Source of the DNA: Clostridium phage JD032
Length of the DNA stretch: 35,109 nt
Sequence record: MK473382.1
Direction: 5' to 3' (one strand)
Shown here: piece by piece, positions 22,069-31,858 of the stretch
How the letters are laid out: each line of letters opens with the position of its first letter
Position numbering within the stretch: position 1 is the first letter of the stretch
The notes under the pieces: generated by a model
Databases searched by the model: none
The model's input: the letters and a program-made list of their open reading frames with translations, nothing else
Told to the model about the DNA's origin: nothing
Made by a program: the position numbers and the translations under genes

Positions 22069-23616
22069 TTATAAATACCTTCTAGCTGTTACATAATTTT
22101 TAGCGTAATAACTACCACTTAACTTACTTATTTTTACAACATCACCAGTATGTGGAGAATGAATAAATTCGCCACTTCCAATAAACATGCCAACGTGGTC
22201 TATTGCTCCATTTGCTCCTTTACTAGAAAAGAAAACTAAATCTCCTAGTTGTAAACTTCCTTTACTTACTGCTTTACCTGCCTTTCCCTGGTCTCTTGAT
22301 ACTCTAGGAATGTTTATACCTATCTTTTTGTAACACCATTGAGTGAATCCACTACAATCAAAAGTATTTGGACCAGTAGCTCCCCAAACATACTTACAGC
22401 CTAGCTTGCTTTTTGCTATACTTATCAATTCTTTAGCTTTTCCTGTTGCATTTGTATAGCCTGTGCCATCTCCAATTATTATTGTTCCTTTTCTTCTTCC
22501 AAAATCATTACATTCTTTTTCACTAGACATTAATATATCTATTCTATACACTCCGTTTTTTAAGCCAATCGCTCCTCCTCTGTCTGTTACTGTATAAGTT
22601 TTACCATCAATTTTAGTTCCAGGACATTTTGCTTGAATTTTTGTTTTAAATTTAAGTTTACTAGGTGCAGCACAAGTATTGTTTGAAGGTACAAGTCTTT
22701 TACCATCCATAGCTTGATAATAACCACCCTCCATAGGGTTATTAGACGGATAATAAGCTGTAAATTCTGCTTTTACTTCTCTTCCATTTAGTGTACCTTC
22801 TCCATTCAAATCTGAACTTTCTTCCTTCTGTTCGTCCTGTCCTGCTGTCTTTTCATCCATGATATTTTGAAAATTTAAATCTAAATCTATCTCATAATTT
22901 CCGTTACTGTCCCAATTATGTTTATCTGTGTCTATATAAAATAGCCCTGTAAGACCTGTGTAACTATCCTTAACTTTTACACCTCTGCCAGTTATACAAG
23001 TCACGTCACCATACCCTTTCAAACTGCAAGTCTGTTCTATTCCCTTGAACTCACTTTCAATATCTACAGTACTATTTTCTTGTTGCTGTATAACCTTTTG
23101 CATTATTACTCCAACATCTTTAAAAATTTTATCGTCTATCTTTTCACTTATTTTATTTCCATACTGGTCTACAACTAATACCTTGTTTTTTACATTCTCC
23201 ATACTCTCTGAAAAGCTCGTGTTAATAAGATTAGACCCTTCTTCAAACATAACATTTAGTGTAATAATCCCTTTTTCAATAACATTAAATTTATCTAAAT
23301 TAGACTCTATCATATACTTTTTCTTCGTTGTCTTACTAGCTTCTGTATATGCACTCATTATAGTATCATAGCCAGTTACACCAATAAACATCTTAGTGTA
23401 TTTAACATTAGTTTTAGGTATATTTCCTATTGCAAGTTTATTGTCATTAAATACCTGTTTTGCAATATCTTCAACTAATTTATCTTTAAAGTTATATGAC
23501 ACTTCACTCTGTGTTAACAAGAATCCCATATCTTTAGATACAAAACTAATACTATTGTTGCTAGAGTCTTTAGACCTATTAATTATCATTCCTCTATAGA
23601 GTTCTTTATCATCCAC
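22069..23616 (-). CDS. tail-associated lysin: XkdQ-like tail protein fused to a C-terminal NlpC/P60 peptidase. True N-terminus probably about 66 codons further upstream (to about 23814).
   Basis: C-terminal GCKYVWGATGPNTFDCSGFTQWCY...DHVGMFIG...HSPHTGD gives the NlpC/P60 Cys-His-His triad. Gly/Lys-rich linker. An in-frame protein-like reading continues 5' of the GTG at 23616 with no canonical start. Confidence 0.65.
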   Translation of the reverse strand: MDDKELYRGMIINRSKDSSNNSISFVSKDMGFLLTQSEVSYNFKDKLVEDIAKQVFNDNKLAIGNIPKTNVKYTKMFIGVTGYDTIMSAYTEASKTTKKKYMIESNLDKFNVIEKGIITLNVMFEEGSNLINTSFSESMENVKNKVLVVDQYGNKISEKIDDKIFKDVGVIMQKVIQQQENSTVDIESEFKGIEQTCSLKGYGDVTCITGRGVKVKDSYTGLTGLFYIDTDKHNWDSNGNYEIDLDLNFQNIMDEKTAGQDEQKEESSDLNGEGTLNGREVKAEFTAYYPSNNPMEGGYYQAMDGKRLVPSNNTCAAPSKLKFKTKIQAKCPGTKIDGKTYTVTDRGGAIGLKNGVYRIDILMSSEKECNDFGRRKGTIIIGDGTGYTNATGKAKELISIAKSKLGCKYVWGATGPNTFDCSGFTQWCYKKIGINIPRVSRDQGKAGKAVSKGSLQLGDLVFFSSKGANGAIDHVGMFIGSGEFIHSPHTGDVVKISKLSGSYYAKNYVTARRYL

Positions 23617-23828
23617 ATAAAAACAAACTGTACTAGCTATAGGTATATCTATCTTTCTAAAATTAATATCAGAAGCTGACTGTACTATAGAAAATTCTAA
23701 TGTCCTTGATGGTGACTTATAATCACCACTCCATGTAACTTTTTCTACTATATCAGTTATATCATAGATATTGCCATTTTTTATGTGTACTTTTAACTTT
23801 ATATTGTTAATTATAAATCACCTCCAGC

Positions 23829-24467
23829 CTATGGAATTACCAATACCCAACCATCTTGGATGATGTCAGGATTTTTAATTAATTTTTTATTTGCATCATA
23901 AATCTTCTTCCACAAATCCCCATTACCATAATATTTTTTTGCCAAACTCCAAAGGCTGTCACCTTTACTTACCTTATGAGTTCTTTGTTTCTTAACCTCA
24001 AATCCTTTTGTCAGTGGCACATCTTTTACAGAAGATAACTTTTCATCATTATTAGTATTTACTTTAGGTATCTGAATTCTTTTATATTCTTTTAAACTCA
24101 ATGTAAAGTAAACATCGTTTGTACCATCCTGCTTGCCATGTTTGAAGCTTTCAATAATAACCTCCATATTCACATCAGTTTCAGTTATTATATACCTTAA
24201 AATTAACCCCTGCTCCATCCACTTTTTCAATTTATTTACACAATCATATGGTTGTGGAAAATCTTTATAATTGCAAAAATGATATTGTTCACCTGGAAAA
24301 AAACTGTTTATCTCTGTTGTTCTAAGTCCCATACCCCCACAAACAATTACTTCTCCAAGTTTCAACACATTTGTTGTACTTGTATTTATATTTCCGCTTA
24401 TTTCAAAAGAGGTCGGAAGTATAGGAAATCTAAAAGAATCATTCGATTGTCTAAGCCACATTTCCAT
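23829..24467 (-). CDS. LysM-domain tail protein (XkdP-like)
   Basis: C-terminal KVSKGDSLWSLAKKYYGNGDLWKKIYDANKKLIKNPDIIQDGWVLVIP is a LysM motif. Confidence 0.65.
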   Translation of the reverse strand: MEMWLRQSNDSFRFPILPTSFEISGNINTSTTNVLKLGEVIVCGGMGLRTTEINSFFPGEQYHFCNYKDFPQPYDCVNKLKKWMEQGLILRYIITETDVNMEVIIESFKHGKQDGTNDVYFTLSLKEYKRIQIPKVNTNNDEKLSSVKDVPLTKGFEVKKQRTHKVSKGDSLWSLAKKYYGNGDLWKKIYDANKKLIKNPDIIQDGWVLVIP

Positions 24468-26221
24468 TAAACAACACCGCCCATTTTCGCCATTTGTATT
24501 TTTTTTATTAAGCTTGATGTTATTCTTTCAATGTCAGCATCTTCTCTTATTACTATTTGTTCAGCAATTTTAGGAATTGTTATATTATAATTTGTGTTTT
24601 CTCCTTGCACTTGTCTAAAATTTGGAATACTTTTATTAATCATAGACTTACTTTCTGCATTTGTAAAAACCTTGCTACCACGTGGCATAGATACAAGTTC
24701 GGGTCCATGTTCGCCTACGACAGAAAGTCCGCCCGACCAATATTTCGTTCCAGTTGCATTTCCAGCCAGTTTTCCAGCAACCCAACTAACTCCATCACTA
24801 ATGCCTTTTGTTGCACCTATTATTCCATTGACTAATGGTTTTATGAAATCAGACGCTTTTTTAACTATTTTCATAACACTATCAAAAACATTTTTAAAAA
24901 TCTTACCCATAGATTTTAAAGTACTTCCAACATTTAAAAAAATTGGCGCTAACTTAGAAATTAAAGAACTTACAACAGGAGCTACAGTTTTAACAGCAGA
25001 AGCAATCCCTGACAATGCAGAAGAAGCAACAGAAAGCAATCCCATAAAAACAGGGCTTAAAGCTCCTATAACTTGACCAATTATTGGGGCAACAGTTGAT
25101 ACAATCGAAGATACAGCTCCAAAAGCTGTTTGAAAAATTGGAGCTAAAGTTGGCATTTGTTGCTGTATCCATCCAATCGCCATACCTATTCCACTTGTTA
25201 TTTTTGTACCTACCTCTAATATCTTAGGACTAGCTTGGTCTATAAATCCAATTAAGCCAGTCATAACCGGTTTGAGAGGTTCTAACATGCCAAGCCCAAT
25301 GTCTGCGATATTAGACTTTAACTTACCCATTATCGTAGAAAGAAGTCCCGAACCACTTTCAGCGAGCTTATTTGCTCCTCCTGCATACATTGTTTCAAGT
25401 TTCTTTTGTACTTCCTTTGGGTCGTCTGTACTGCTTGCCTTAACTCCAAACTCCGTAAGTCTTGCCATTTCTCCAATGTTCATGTCCGCAAGTGCTTCCA
25501 TAGCATCTCCAACGGTCTTGCCTGGATTTAGCGCCGCCATGTCCTCTGCTAGTTTAACCATCTGCATAGCATCTTTTGTATTTCCACCCGCTATTTGCAA
25601 AGAACGAGTTCCTGCTGATATAACTTCTCCAGTTTCAAATGGTGTCGCATTTGCATTATTTCTTAAATCTTTTAAATAGCTTGCGCTCATTCCATCAAGC
25701 TCTTTGCTAGACTTTCCTTTGTTTCCAACTCCCATGAAATGACGCATACTTATTTGTTGTTGCTCTAGTTCCATACCACTTTTAACAGCCATACCCGCAG
25801 CGCCAACTGCAGCACCAACTGGAACTATAGTTGATAAACTAGTAAGCCGATTTTTTATTTTATCAATCATTCCTTTTGTTTCATCTTTAAGTTTTACGAC
25901 AGGTCTTGCAATAAATTTTCCAAAAGATTTTACGTTCGATTTTATTCTTTCTATCTTTTCAGTTGCTAAATCTTTTATAACAACAGCTTTTACGAGTTTA
26001 GTACGAAGAGGTGCAAATTTTCGCCTTAAATCTTGTATAGTCCTGTGTGCAGGAGTTGCATCCATCCTTATGCGCATGCGCTCTCTACTTGCCGAACGCA
26101 TCTCGTTACGTGTCCGTCTAACCTCGTTTTGAAATTGTTTTTGCTCTCTTCTAATCCCCCTCATGGTAGCACTCATATTGTCTTTTAGAGATATAACTGC
26201 ACCTATATGCCTTCTAGCCAT
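24467..26221 (-). CDS. tail tape measure protein
   Basis: 584 aa, Ala/Gly/Ser-rich with long helical and TM-like segments. Sits immediately after the chaperone frameshift region. Confidence 0.8.
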   Translation of the reverse strand: MARRHIGAVISLKDNMSATMRGIRREQKQFQNEVRRTRNEMRSASRERMRIRMDATPAHRTIQDLRRKFAPLRTKLVKAVVIKDLATEKIERIKSNVKSFGKFIARPVVKLKDETKGMIDKIKNRLTSLSTIVPVGAAVGAAGMAVKSGMELEQQQISMRHFMGVGNKGKSSKELDGMSASYLKDLRNNANATPFETGEVISAGTRSLQIAGGNTKDAMQMVKLAEDMAALNPGKTVGDAMEALADMNIGEMARLTEFGVKASSTDDPKEVQKKLETMYAGGANKLAESGSGLLSTIMGKLKSNIADIGLGMLEPLKPVMTGLIGFIDQASPKILEVGTKITSGIGMAIGWIQQQMPTLAPIFQTAFGAVSSIVSTVAPIIGQVIGALSPVFMGLLSVASSALSGIASAVKTVAPVVSSLISKLAPIFLNVGSTLKSMGKIFKNVFDSVMKIVKKASDFIKPLVNGIIGATKGISDGVSWVAGKLAGNATGTKYWSGGLSVVGEHGPELVSMPRGSKVFTNAESKSMINKSIPNFRQVQGENTNYNITIPKIAEQIVIREDADIERITSSLIKKIQMAKMGGVV

Positions 26222-26414
26222 TTTTTACACCTCCAAACATAGCACCTATTAGCTCAGAAATAAGTTTTATTTTTTCTTCTTCTTCATATAGCATACAAGC
26301 GATGTGAAAATTTTTTTCTATCATATTTAAATTAGTTAATTTATCTAAATCGACACCTTTTTCTAGATAATGACTAATCATTTGCATTTCCACATCGCTT
26401 TTAATTAGTTTTTT
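26214..26414 (-). other. -1 programmed ribosomal frameshift extension of the tail chaperone (gpGT-like product)
   Basis: Heptamer AAAAAAC (minus strand, 26414-26408) immediately 5' of the TAA at 26407-26405. The -1 frame stays open for 66 codons (KKLIKSDVEMQMISHYLEKG...GAMFGGVKNG) and stops at 26214, overlapping the tape-measure ATG. Confidence 0.45.
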
Positions 26415-26788
26415 AAGTCTTCAATTTCCTCTACAACCCCAAACCCTGCAAACTTTGTTGCAATCTTGACAATATCAGTAATTTCACCTGCTTCAAATAA
26501 TACATCGACTATATCAAGTGGGTTATCTTTACATCCAAATTCAGCATGCAATTTTTCGCTCTTTAAATTCGGACTTTTAACAATTTCATATACAAAATAT
26601 TTATCTCCTTCGACTGCGTCTTCCATTTCTATTGCATCAAGACACAACATCCTGTCCGGCTTTGAAATCTCTATATTTCCATCAAGCGAAGGAATATATA
26701 ATTGCTTGGTTTCTTCACTTTTCTTTGCAAAATATTCTTTTCTTCTTAAAATATCCTCTATTGTTACCATTTCTTTTTTATTATCCAT
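26405..26788 (-). CDS. tail assembly chaperone (gpG/XkdN-like)
   Basis: 127 aa, located between the tube and tape-measure genes. Ends at slippery A_AAA_AAC directly before its stop. Confidence 0.55.
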   Translation of the reverse strand: MDNKKEMVTIEDILRRKEYFAKKSEETKQLYIPSLDGNIEISKPDRMLCLDAIEMEDAVEGDKYFVYEIVKSPNLKSEKLHAEFGCKDNPLDIVDVLFEAGEITDIVKIATKFAGFGVVEEIEDLKN

Positions 26789-26834
26789 TTTAAAATCCTC
26801 CTATTATATAAAAAAGGATAGTAAAAACTATCCT

Positions 26835-27284
26835 TTAAATTTCGTCTATTTCGTCCATCACGTCTGAATCGTTTGGTGTAAATCCAAAGCTTAGCTCTTC
26901 TTCGATTTTTCCGCCCTTTTCAAACTGTGATAAAGCTAGTTCATTAAACCACACGTTGTTAATTGTGACTGTTTCTGCTTGTTTCCCAGGTGTGCCAGGG
27001 TCTTTCACCTTACTTGTAAGTGTGCTTCGTGGGTCTTCTCCATTTTTCCAAGCTTCCAATAATTTTTTCTTCCCCCTGGAATACACTTTTCCAAGTTTTA
27101 CAGTCCCTTCGCCGCTTAGCGATGTTATTTTAGAATCTTTACTCATTCCAAACTGAATCTCTTCTCTATTTGCTGTAACTTTAGCTTCAAAACTAAGCAC
27201 CTCAGCAATTAAAGTTCCATCCCACCAAAGCTTTCCCCATGTGCCGGAAATTTGACTACTTCCTACGATATTTTCTTTGCCCAT
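26835..27284 (-). CDS. tail tube protein (XkdM-like)
   Basis: 149 aa, placed after the sheath gene. Confidence 0.55.
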   Translation of the reverse strand: MGKENIVGSSQISGTWGKLWWDGTLIAEVLSFEAKVTANREEIQFGMSKDSKITSLSGEGTVKLGKVYSRGKKKLLEAWKNGEDPRSTLTSKVKDPGTPGKQAETVTINNVWFNELALSQFEKGGKIEEELSFGFTPNDSDVMDEIDEI

Positions 27285-27297
27285 CTATTCACCTTCT

Positions 27298-28365
27298 TTA
27301 CATATATATTTTAAATTTCAAGTCTTCCATAGCATCAGTAACAGTGATGTTTCCTTCTATAAAAACATAAGAACCTGTATTAGCTTCTTTTATTTGCTGT
27401 TCAGTCATTTCGCTATAATCAATGCCTTTTTCTTTTAGATATTTTTTATGCGCTTCTATATCTATCTGTGCATAAGCTTCTTGGCTGTTGTCAAGTACTT
27501 CATCACGTTGCAACTCTTTAAAATAATTGTTTACAGCAGATAAAAACAATATTTTATTATCATATTTATTAGTTACTTTACCAACATAATTTTCGTTCCA
27601 GGTTTGAAGAATATCATCTTGTATCATATCAATAGCTTCAACTATTTTTATTTTCTTCAAGTCTTCTGTATCCTCTTTGCTTAAAGTTATTAATGAGTTT
27701 ACGCCCCTAGCTATCCTTATCCCATTATTATTTATTAAAATTAGTTTTCCTTCGTCTACAGCTTCGTCAGGATTTTCAGTAGGTTCTATCTCTGTAACTT
27801 CATCTAAAACAAAATATGTGCAGCTCTCTGAAAGCGATATGCCCGCCAAAATGCCTGCGACTCTAGCTGTGTATTCTGCTGTTGTATAAACTTTTTCGCC
27901 AACTTTTATTCCTGTTGTCGAGAAGTTTATAATTGCCTTCTCGTTAGCATTAGTAACGCTTGGCAACACAGCTTTGTATATCTCTTTTTCCCTTCTAGCT
28001 GTTTTTATCCAATTAACTATTTTAGTTTTGTCAACTTCTTCACTTATAAAAGGAATAGCTAAATAGTTAAATTTATTCTCCCTTAAAGCTTTCAAAGCAT
28101 CGTCTAAAGACCTTTCAGAATCAACTGAATCATTAATAACTTCAATAATAACCTTGCTAGGTTTTCCTAAAAATGCAAGCCTTATATAATCATAATTTTC
28201 TTTTGTAAATTCAGTTTCATTTATATCCGTTAAAAAATCGATAGAATAAGATTTCTTTATAGCTGTTGAATCTTTAAGTATTAAAGCTACAATACCTCTT
28301 CGACTTCTAAATTTAACAGTCCTTGAACGTCTTTGAAACTCAATTATCGCACTTGGTAATCCCAA
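27298..28365 (-). CDS. contractile tail sheath protein
   Basis: 355 aa preceding the tube gene. Consistent with the contractile-tail gene order. Confidence 0.6.
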   Translation of the reverse strand: MGLPSAIIEFQRRSRTVKFRSRRGIVALILKDSTAIKKSYSIDFLTDINETEFTKENYDYIRLAFLGKPSKVIIEVINDSVDSERSLDDALKALRENKFNYLAIPFISEEVDKTKIVNWIKTARREKEIYKAVLPSVTNANEKAIINFSTTGIKVGEKVYTTAEYTARVAGILAGISLSESCTYFVLDEVTEIEPTENPDEAVDEGKLILINNNGIRIARGVNSLITLSKEDTEDLKKIKIVEAIDMIQDDILQTWNENYVGKVTNKYDNKILFLSAVNNYFKELQRDEVLDNSQEAYAQIDIEAHKKYLKEKGIDYSEMTEQQIKEANTGSYVFIEGNITVTDAMEDLKFKIYM

Positions 28366-28381
28366 AATAAAACCTCCTTTT

Positions 28382-28798
28382 TTAAATATTCATTTCAAGC
28401 TCTTTCATAAGCTCATATTTACTTTCGTCTTCTTCTATAATTTCAACTACTTGCAAATTAAATTTGTATTGTAAAACATTCTCATATATTTCTACACTTT
28501 TTTCTTCTATAGTCAATTTGCCCCCTTCAATTTCTAAAATACAATCTTGAAATAATATATTAAGCTTATCAATCATTTTTAAATTTTCTAATTCTGTCTT
28601 TTCTTTAGAAAAATAATGTATATTAACAAGTAATGTACTATTTGAAAAACTTGGGTCGCTAGCCATTTCAATAGGAATGATTTGAATAAAAAAAGCAGGT
28701 TTTTCAAACCCGCTCCTTATTTCATTTGCTACTATTTTTATATTTAAAGACTTAAGCTTTTCAACTATAGCTTTTTTTACAGAAACAATTTTTAACAC
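28382..28798 (-). CDS. hypothetical neck/tail-completion protein
   Basis: 138 aa in the connector block. Confidence 0.35.
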   Translation of the reverse strand: MLKIVSVKKAIVEKLKSLNIKIVANEIRSGFEKPAFFIQIIPIEMASDPSFSNSTLLVNIHYFSKEKTELENLKMIDKLNILFQDCILEIEGGKLTIEEKSVEIYENVLQYKFNLQVVEIIEEDESKYELMKELEMNI

Positions 28799-28809
28799 TC
28801 TTACCCCCT

Positions 28810-29223
28810 CTAAAGATTAAAAGTTTCATCAACCATTTTTTCTATTCTTTTATCAATTTTCGCTCTCTGATGCTCCATCGTTTGTTGCAACATATGTTTT
28901 CCTTCGACATAGCCTCCATTTTTTGTTACCCAGCCATTTTCTATTAGATACGCATGTGGAGAATTATTTTTTAAAACACCTACAAAATTCCCATTTTTAG
29001 ACTGCGTTTTAGTTTTCCAATTATCTTTCATGTGCTTAGCTCTTTTGTATTTTTTAGGCTTTTTATCTGACTTCGGAGTTCTTGCAATAGCTTCTCCTTT
29101 GCATTTTCCTAAGCTGATATTCATAAGCTTTTCAGCTTTCTTGGGGTATTCTTTTACAATACGCTTAAATAGTTTATTTGTATAATCATCTAATCCATTC
29201 ATATTAAAATCTGTATTACTCAT
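28810..29223 (-). CDS. HK97 gp10-like head-tail joining protein
   Basis: Start moved to the internal ATG at 29223 (AAGAAGGTG RBS). The track ORF start at 29268 overlaps the upstream gene by about 50 nt. Confidence 0.4.
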   Translation of the reverse strand: MSNTDFNMNGLDDYTNKLFKRIVKEYPKKAEKLMNISLGKCKGEAIARTPKSDKKPKKYKRAKHMKDNWKTKTQSKNGNFVGVLKNNSPHAYLIENGWVTKNGGYVEGKHMLQQTMEHQRAKIDKRIEKMVDETFNL

Positions 29224-29554
29224 TGTAAACACCTTCTTTATAAAGAATACAATCAATATTTGTTTCATATTTATTTAGCTCTTTTATATTATTTACATGC
29301 TTTATATCATAGACAACATCATTACAAACTATTCTCATAGCTTCTGTTATATCAGTTCTATATCTTATTTTAAATCTGTAAGAATACTCTATATTTTCTT
29401 TATCTAACACATAATTATTACTATTTCTAAGCAACGATTTGTTAGCCCAAAGTTTTTTATAAGTAGCCCATCCCTTTGTAACCTCTCCTATGTCGTTTTC
29501 AATTTCTCCATAAATTTGTATATCTATTCTTTGAGTTAATTTTCCAATATCCAT
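29216..29554 (-). CDS. head-tail adaptor / head closure protein
   Basis: 112 aa, call from position. Confidence 0.4.
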   Translation of the reverse strand: MDIGKLTQRIDIQIYGEIENDIGEVTKGWATYKKLWANKSLLRNSNNYVLDKENIEYSYRFKIRYRTDITEAMRIVCNDVVYDIKHVNNIKELNKYETNIDCILYKEGVYNE

Positions 29555-29557
29555 TTT

Positions 29558-29845
29558 TTAATACCTACTACATATAGAAATTTGAGATATTATACTTTCT
29601 AAAACAAATCTAACTTTTTCGCTATTACCTTCTGTTGCCCCTCTTTTTTCATATTGCTCTGCAACATACATTTTTATATACAAACTAACAAGTTCAGAGT
29701 TGTTATTTTCATTAAAAACTTTTCCTGTTCGGTTTTCTAAGTCTTCTTCCGCTGCTTTTAAAAAAGATAAAAGCAGATTATCATCTTCTTCATAATCTGC
29801 TTCTAATCTTAAATATTCTTTTATTTCTTCTAATGTTACAATCAT
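29558..29845 (-). CDS. gp6-like head-tail connector protein
   Basis: 95 aa. MIVTLEEIKEYLRLEADYEEDDNLLLSFLKAAEEDL matches the gp6-like family N-terminus. Confidence 0.5.
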   Translation of the reverse strand: MIVTLEEIKEYLRLEADYEEDDNLLLSFLKAAEEDLENRTGKVFNENNNSELVSLYIKMYVAEQYEKRGATEGNSEKVRFVLESIISQISICSRY

Positions 29846-29854
29846 TCAAAACAC

Positions 29855-31123
29855 CTACTTCGCAATTGCACTAGTTTTTTTTACTATCATGCCAAAGGCT
29901 TTATTACTTATAACATCTCCATCTACTATGCAATATGATATAAAATCTATAGTTCTTTTTTTCTTATCTCTTTGAGAGTCTAAAGCAACATCTTTATTTA
30001 TATTTATAGCATATCCTCTTGAAACATTCCCAGCTATAATTTCACCATCATTTATGCTATCATCTGCTTTAACCACTTTTCCTAAAATTCTACCTACTCC
30101 CTCAGTATTAACCATATCTGGAATAAACAAAGGTCTACCCATTGAGTCTTTTATTTCTGCCAGTTGAGTCCAAATAGTTGTGTTATTAGCATAGATACAA
30201 GCTCCATTACCCCATTTTCCTAAGACAGCCATCAACTTAGTTAAATCAGAGTAACCAATGCTATCAGTGTATTCAATTATTTGCGGCTTTTCAACTTCCG
30301 CCATCAAAGCTGTTTTAATACCTCTTGGCTCTGCTACAAAAGATTCACTTGAACCCGGCTTCCCTTTTCCACTATAAATCGCTTTAGCTAGAGCAGCACC
30401 CATCTTTTCAGCCAAAAGTTTACTTATATATGGTACGAAATCCTCATTTGCCATATTTTCTATCTTGAAAGATGTTGTTATATCTTTTGCAAGCTCACAC
30501 CCTCTTAAAGTTATTTCGCCAAGAGTATAGCCATCTTCTTTAATAGGTGTTGCCTCATCATACCAACTAGCATCATCACCACTATTTTCTTCTTTGATAA
30601 TTACAAAATCACCTTTTACGAAAGTCGGAGAAGTATCTCCAAACAAAGGATACAAGTTTCCAATTTCAGTCCAAATACCTTTTGAAACAGTTTCCGGAAT
30701 CAATATAGCATCACTATTTGTTGTTCTTATTTCATTTCTATATTTCATATTTACTTTAGATAATACTTCATTTTCATTTAAATCCAGTGTTCTATTTTGC
30801 ATTTTTTTAATCCAAGCATTTTCATATTTTTCTTGCTCGTCTTCAATAATAGCATCTTCTATCCCTTCTATTTTTTCTTTGTTATTAGTTAAATTAAAAA
30901 TAGTAGGGTTGACTTTAAAATCGTCCTGCAACGCTCTTAAATTCGCCCTAGCCTTTACATTTCTTTCATATTCCTCGTCTAATGCTTTTATCTTATTAGC
31001 TATTTTTTCAGCTTCTTCCGTCTTTCCTTCTCCTGTTCCTTCTTCTCCAATCTCATCATCAAGTAATTTTTGTGCTTCGTCTATCATTTCTTGTCTTTTC
31101 TCAAAATACTCTTCTCTAGTCAT
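29855..31123 (-). CDS. major capsid protein (HK97 fold) with an N-terminal coiled-coil delta/scaffold-like domain
   Basis: 422 aa following the prohead protease gene. E/K-rich N-terminal 110 aa or so, then a capsid-like body. Confidence 0.75.
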   Translation of the reverse strand: MTREEYFEKRQEMIDEAQKLLDDEIGEEGTGEGKTEEAEKIANKIKALDEEYERNVKARANLRALQDDFKVNPTIFNLTNNKEKIEGIEDAIIEDEQEKYENAWIKKMQNRTLDLNENEVLSKVNMKYRNEIRTTNSDAILIPETVSKGIWTEIGNLYPLFGDTSPTFVKGDFVIIKEENSGDDASWYDEATPIKEDGYTLGEITLRGCELAKDITTSFKIENMANEDFVPYISKLLAEKMGAALAKAIYSGKGKPGSSESFVAEPRGIKTALMAEVEKPQIIEYTDSIGYSDLTKLMAVLGKWGNGACIYANNTTIWTQLAEIKDSMGRPLFIPDMVNTEGVGRILGKVVKADDSINDGEIIAGNVSRGYAININKDVALDSQRDKKKRTIDFISYCIVDGDVISNKAFGMIVKKTSAIAK

Positions 31124-31853
31124 TTAAACCTCCTAATTTTAATAAGTTCAGTTTCATCTGAACTCTTTTTTTATTATTATTTTCTTTTCCAATACTAATC
31201 TTATCTGTTTTATTTTTTAAAGCATAAGGTATTTTATTATACTTAGTGAAATAATCGCTCACACAAGCGGCAACCTTTTTTTTCTCATCAACTTCAAAAT
31301 TAAAATAATTTGATGCTTCTTTACCAGTGAACCAAGTTTCTTCATTTAGCTTTTCTTTTATTTCTTCAATATCAATTCCTTCTTTTAAGTTATCTTGATA
31401 TACATTTAAAATACCTTCCTCTATTCTATCTAAATCTTGTGATGCCTTAATTAATTTGTCTGAGTTATATGCGCCCCATAGTCCTATCCAAGGCTTATGA
31501 ATCATAAAATAAGCATTTTCGGGGATTACAACTTTGTCTCCTGCTAAAGCTATAACGCTAGCAATACTTGCAGCTACGCCATCTACATAAACAGTTTTAA
31601 ATCCTTCATGCCTTTTTAGCATGTTATATATTGCCATACCCGCAAATACAGACCCTCCGCCGCTATTTATATAGATATTTAAATCTTTTCCCTGCTCGGT
31701 TGCTAAAAAATTTTTTATTGAAAGCGGGTATTGGTCTTCTTCTGCCCAAGCATCCCATTCATCACAAACAATGTCTCCGTAAAAATACAAATCTGAACTT
31801 GTTTCTGTTGAATTTTTAATTTTCAAAAACTCATTTAAATTATTATTAGCCAT
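31116..31853 (-). CDS. ClpP-family prohead serine protease
   Basis: INSGGGSVFAGMAIYNMLK...VDGVAASIASVIALAGDKVV...MIHKPW (ClpP Ser/His region). Confidence 0.85.
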   Translation of the reverse strand: MANNNLNEFLKIKNSTETSSDLYFYGDIVCDEWDAWAEEDQYPLSIKNFLATEQGKDLNIYINSGGGSVFAGMAIYNMLKRHEGFKTVYVDGVAASIASVIALAGDKVVIPENAYFMIHKPWIGLWGAYNSDKLIKASQDLDRIEEGILNVYQDNLKEGIDIEEIKEKLNEETWFTGKEASNYFNFEVDEKKKVAACVSDYFTKYNKIPYALKNKTDKISIGKENNNKKRVQMKLNLLKLGGLND

Positions 31854-31858
31854 TTATC

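Noticed and set aside
24467-26221. Locally elevated GC content (about 38-42%) in the tape-measure gene, which could suggest horizontal acquisition
   Set aside because: The protein is unusually rich in Ala, Gly and Ser (GCN/GGN codons). The same effect appears in the glycine-rich fibre gene. So amino-acid composition explains it.
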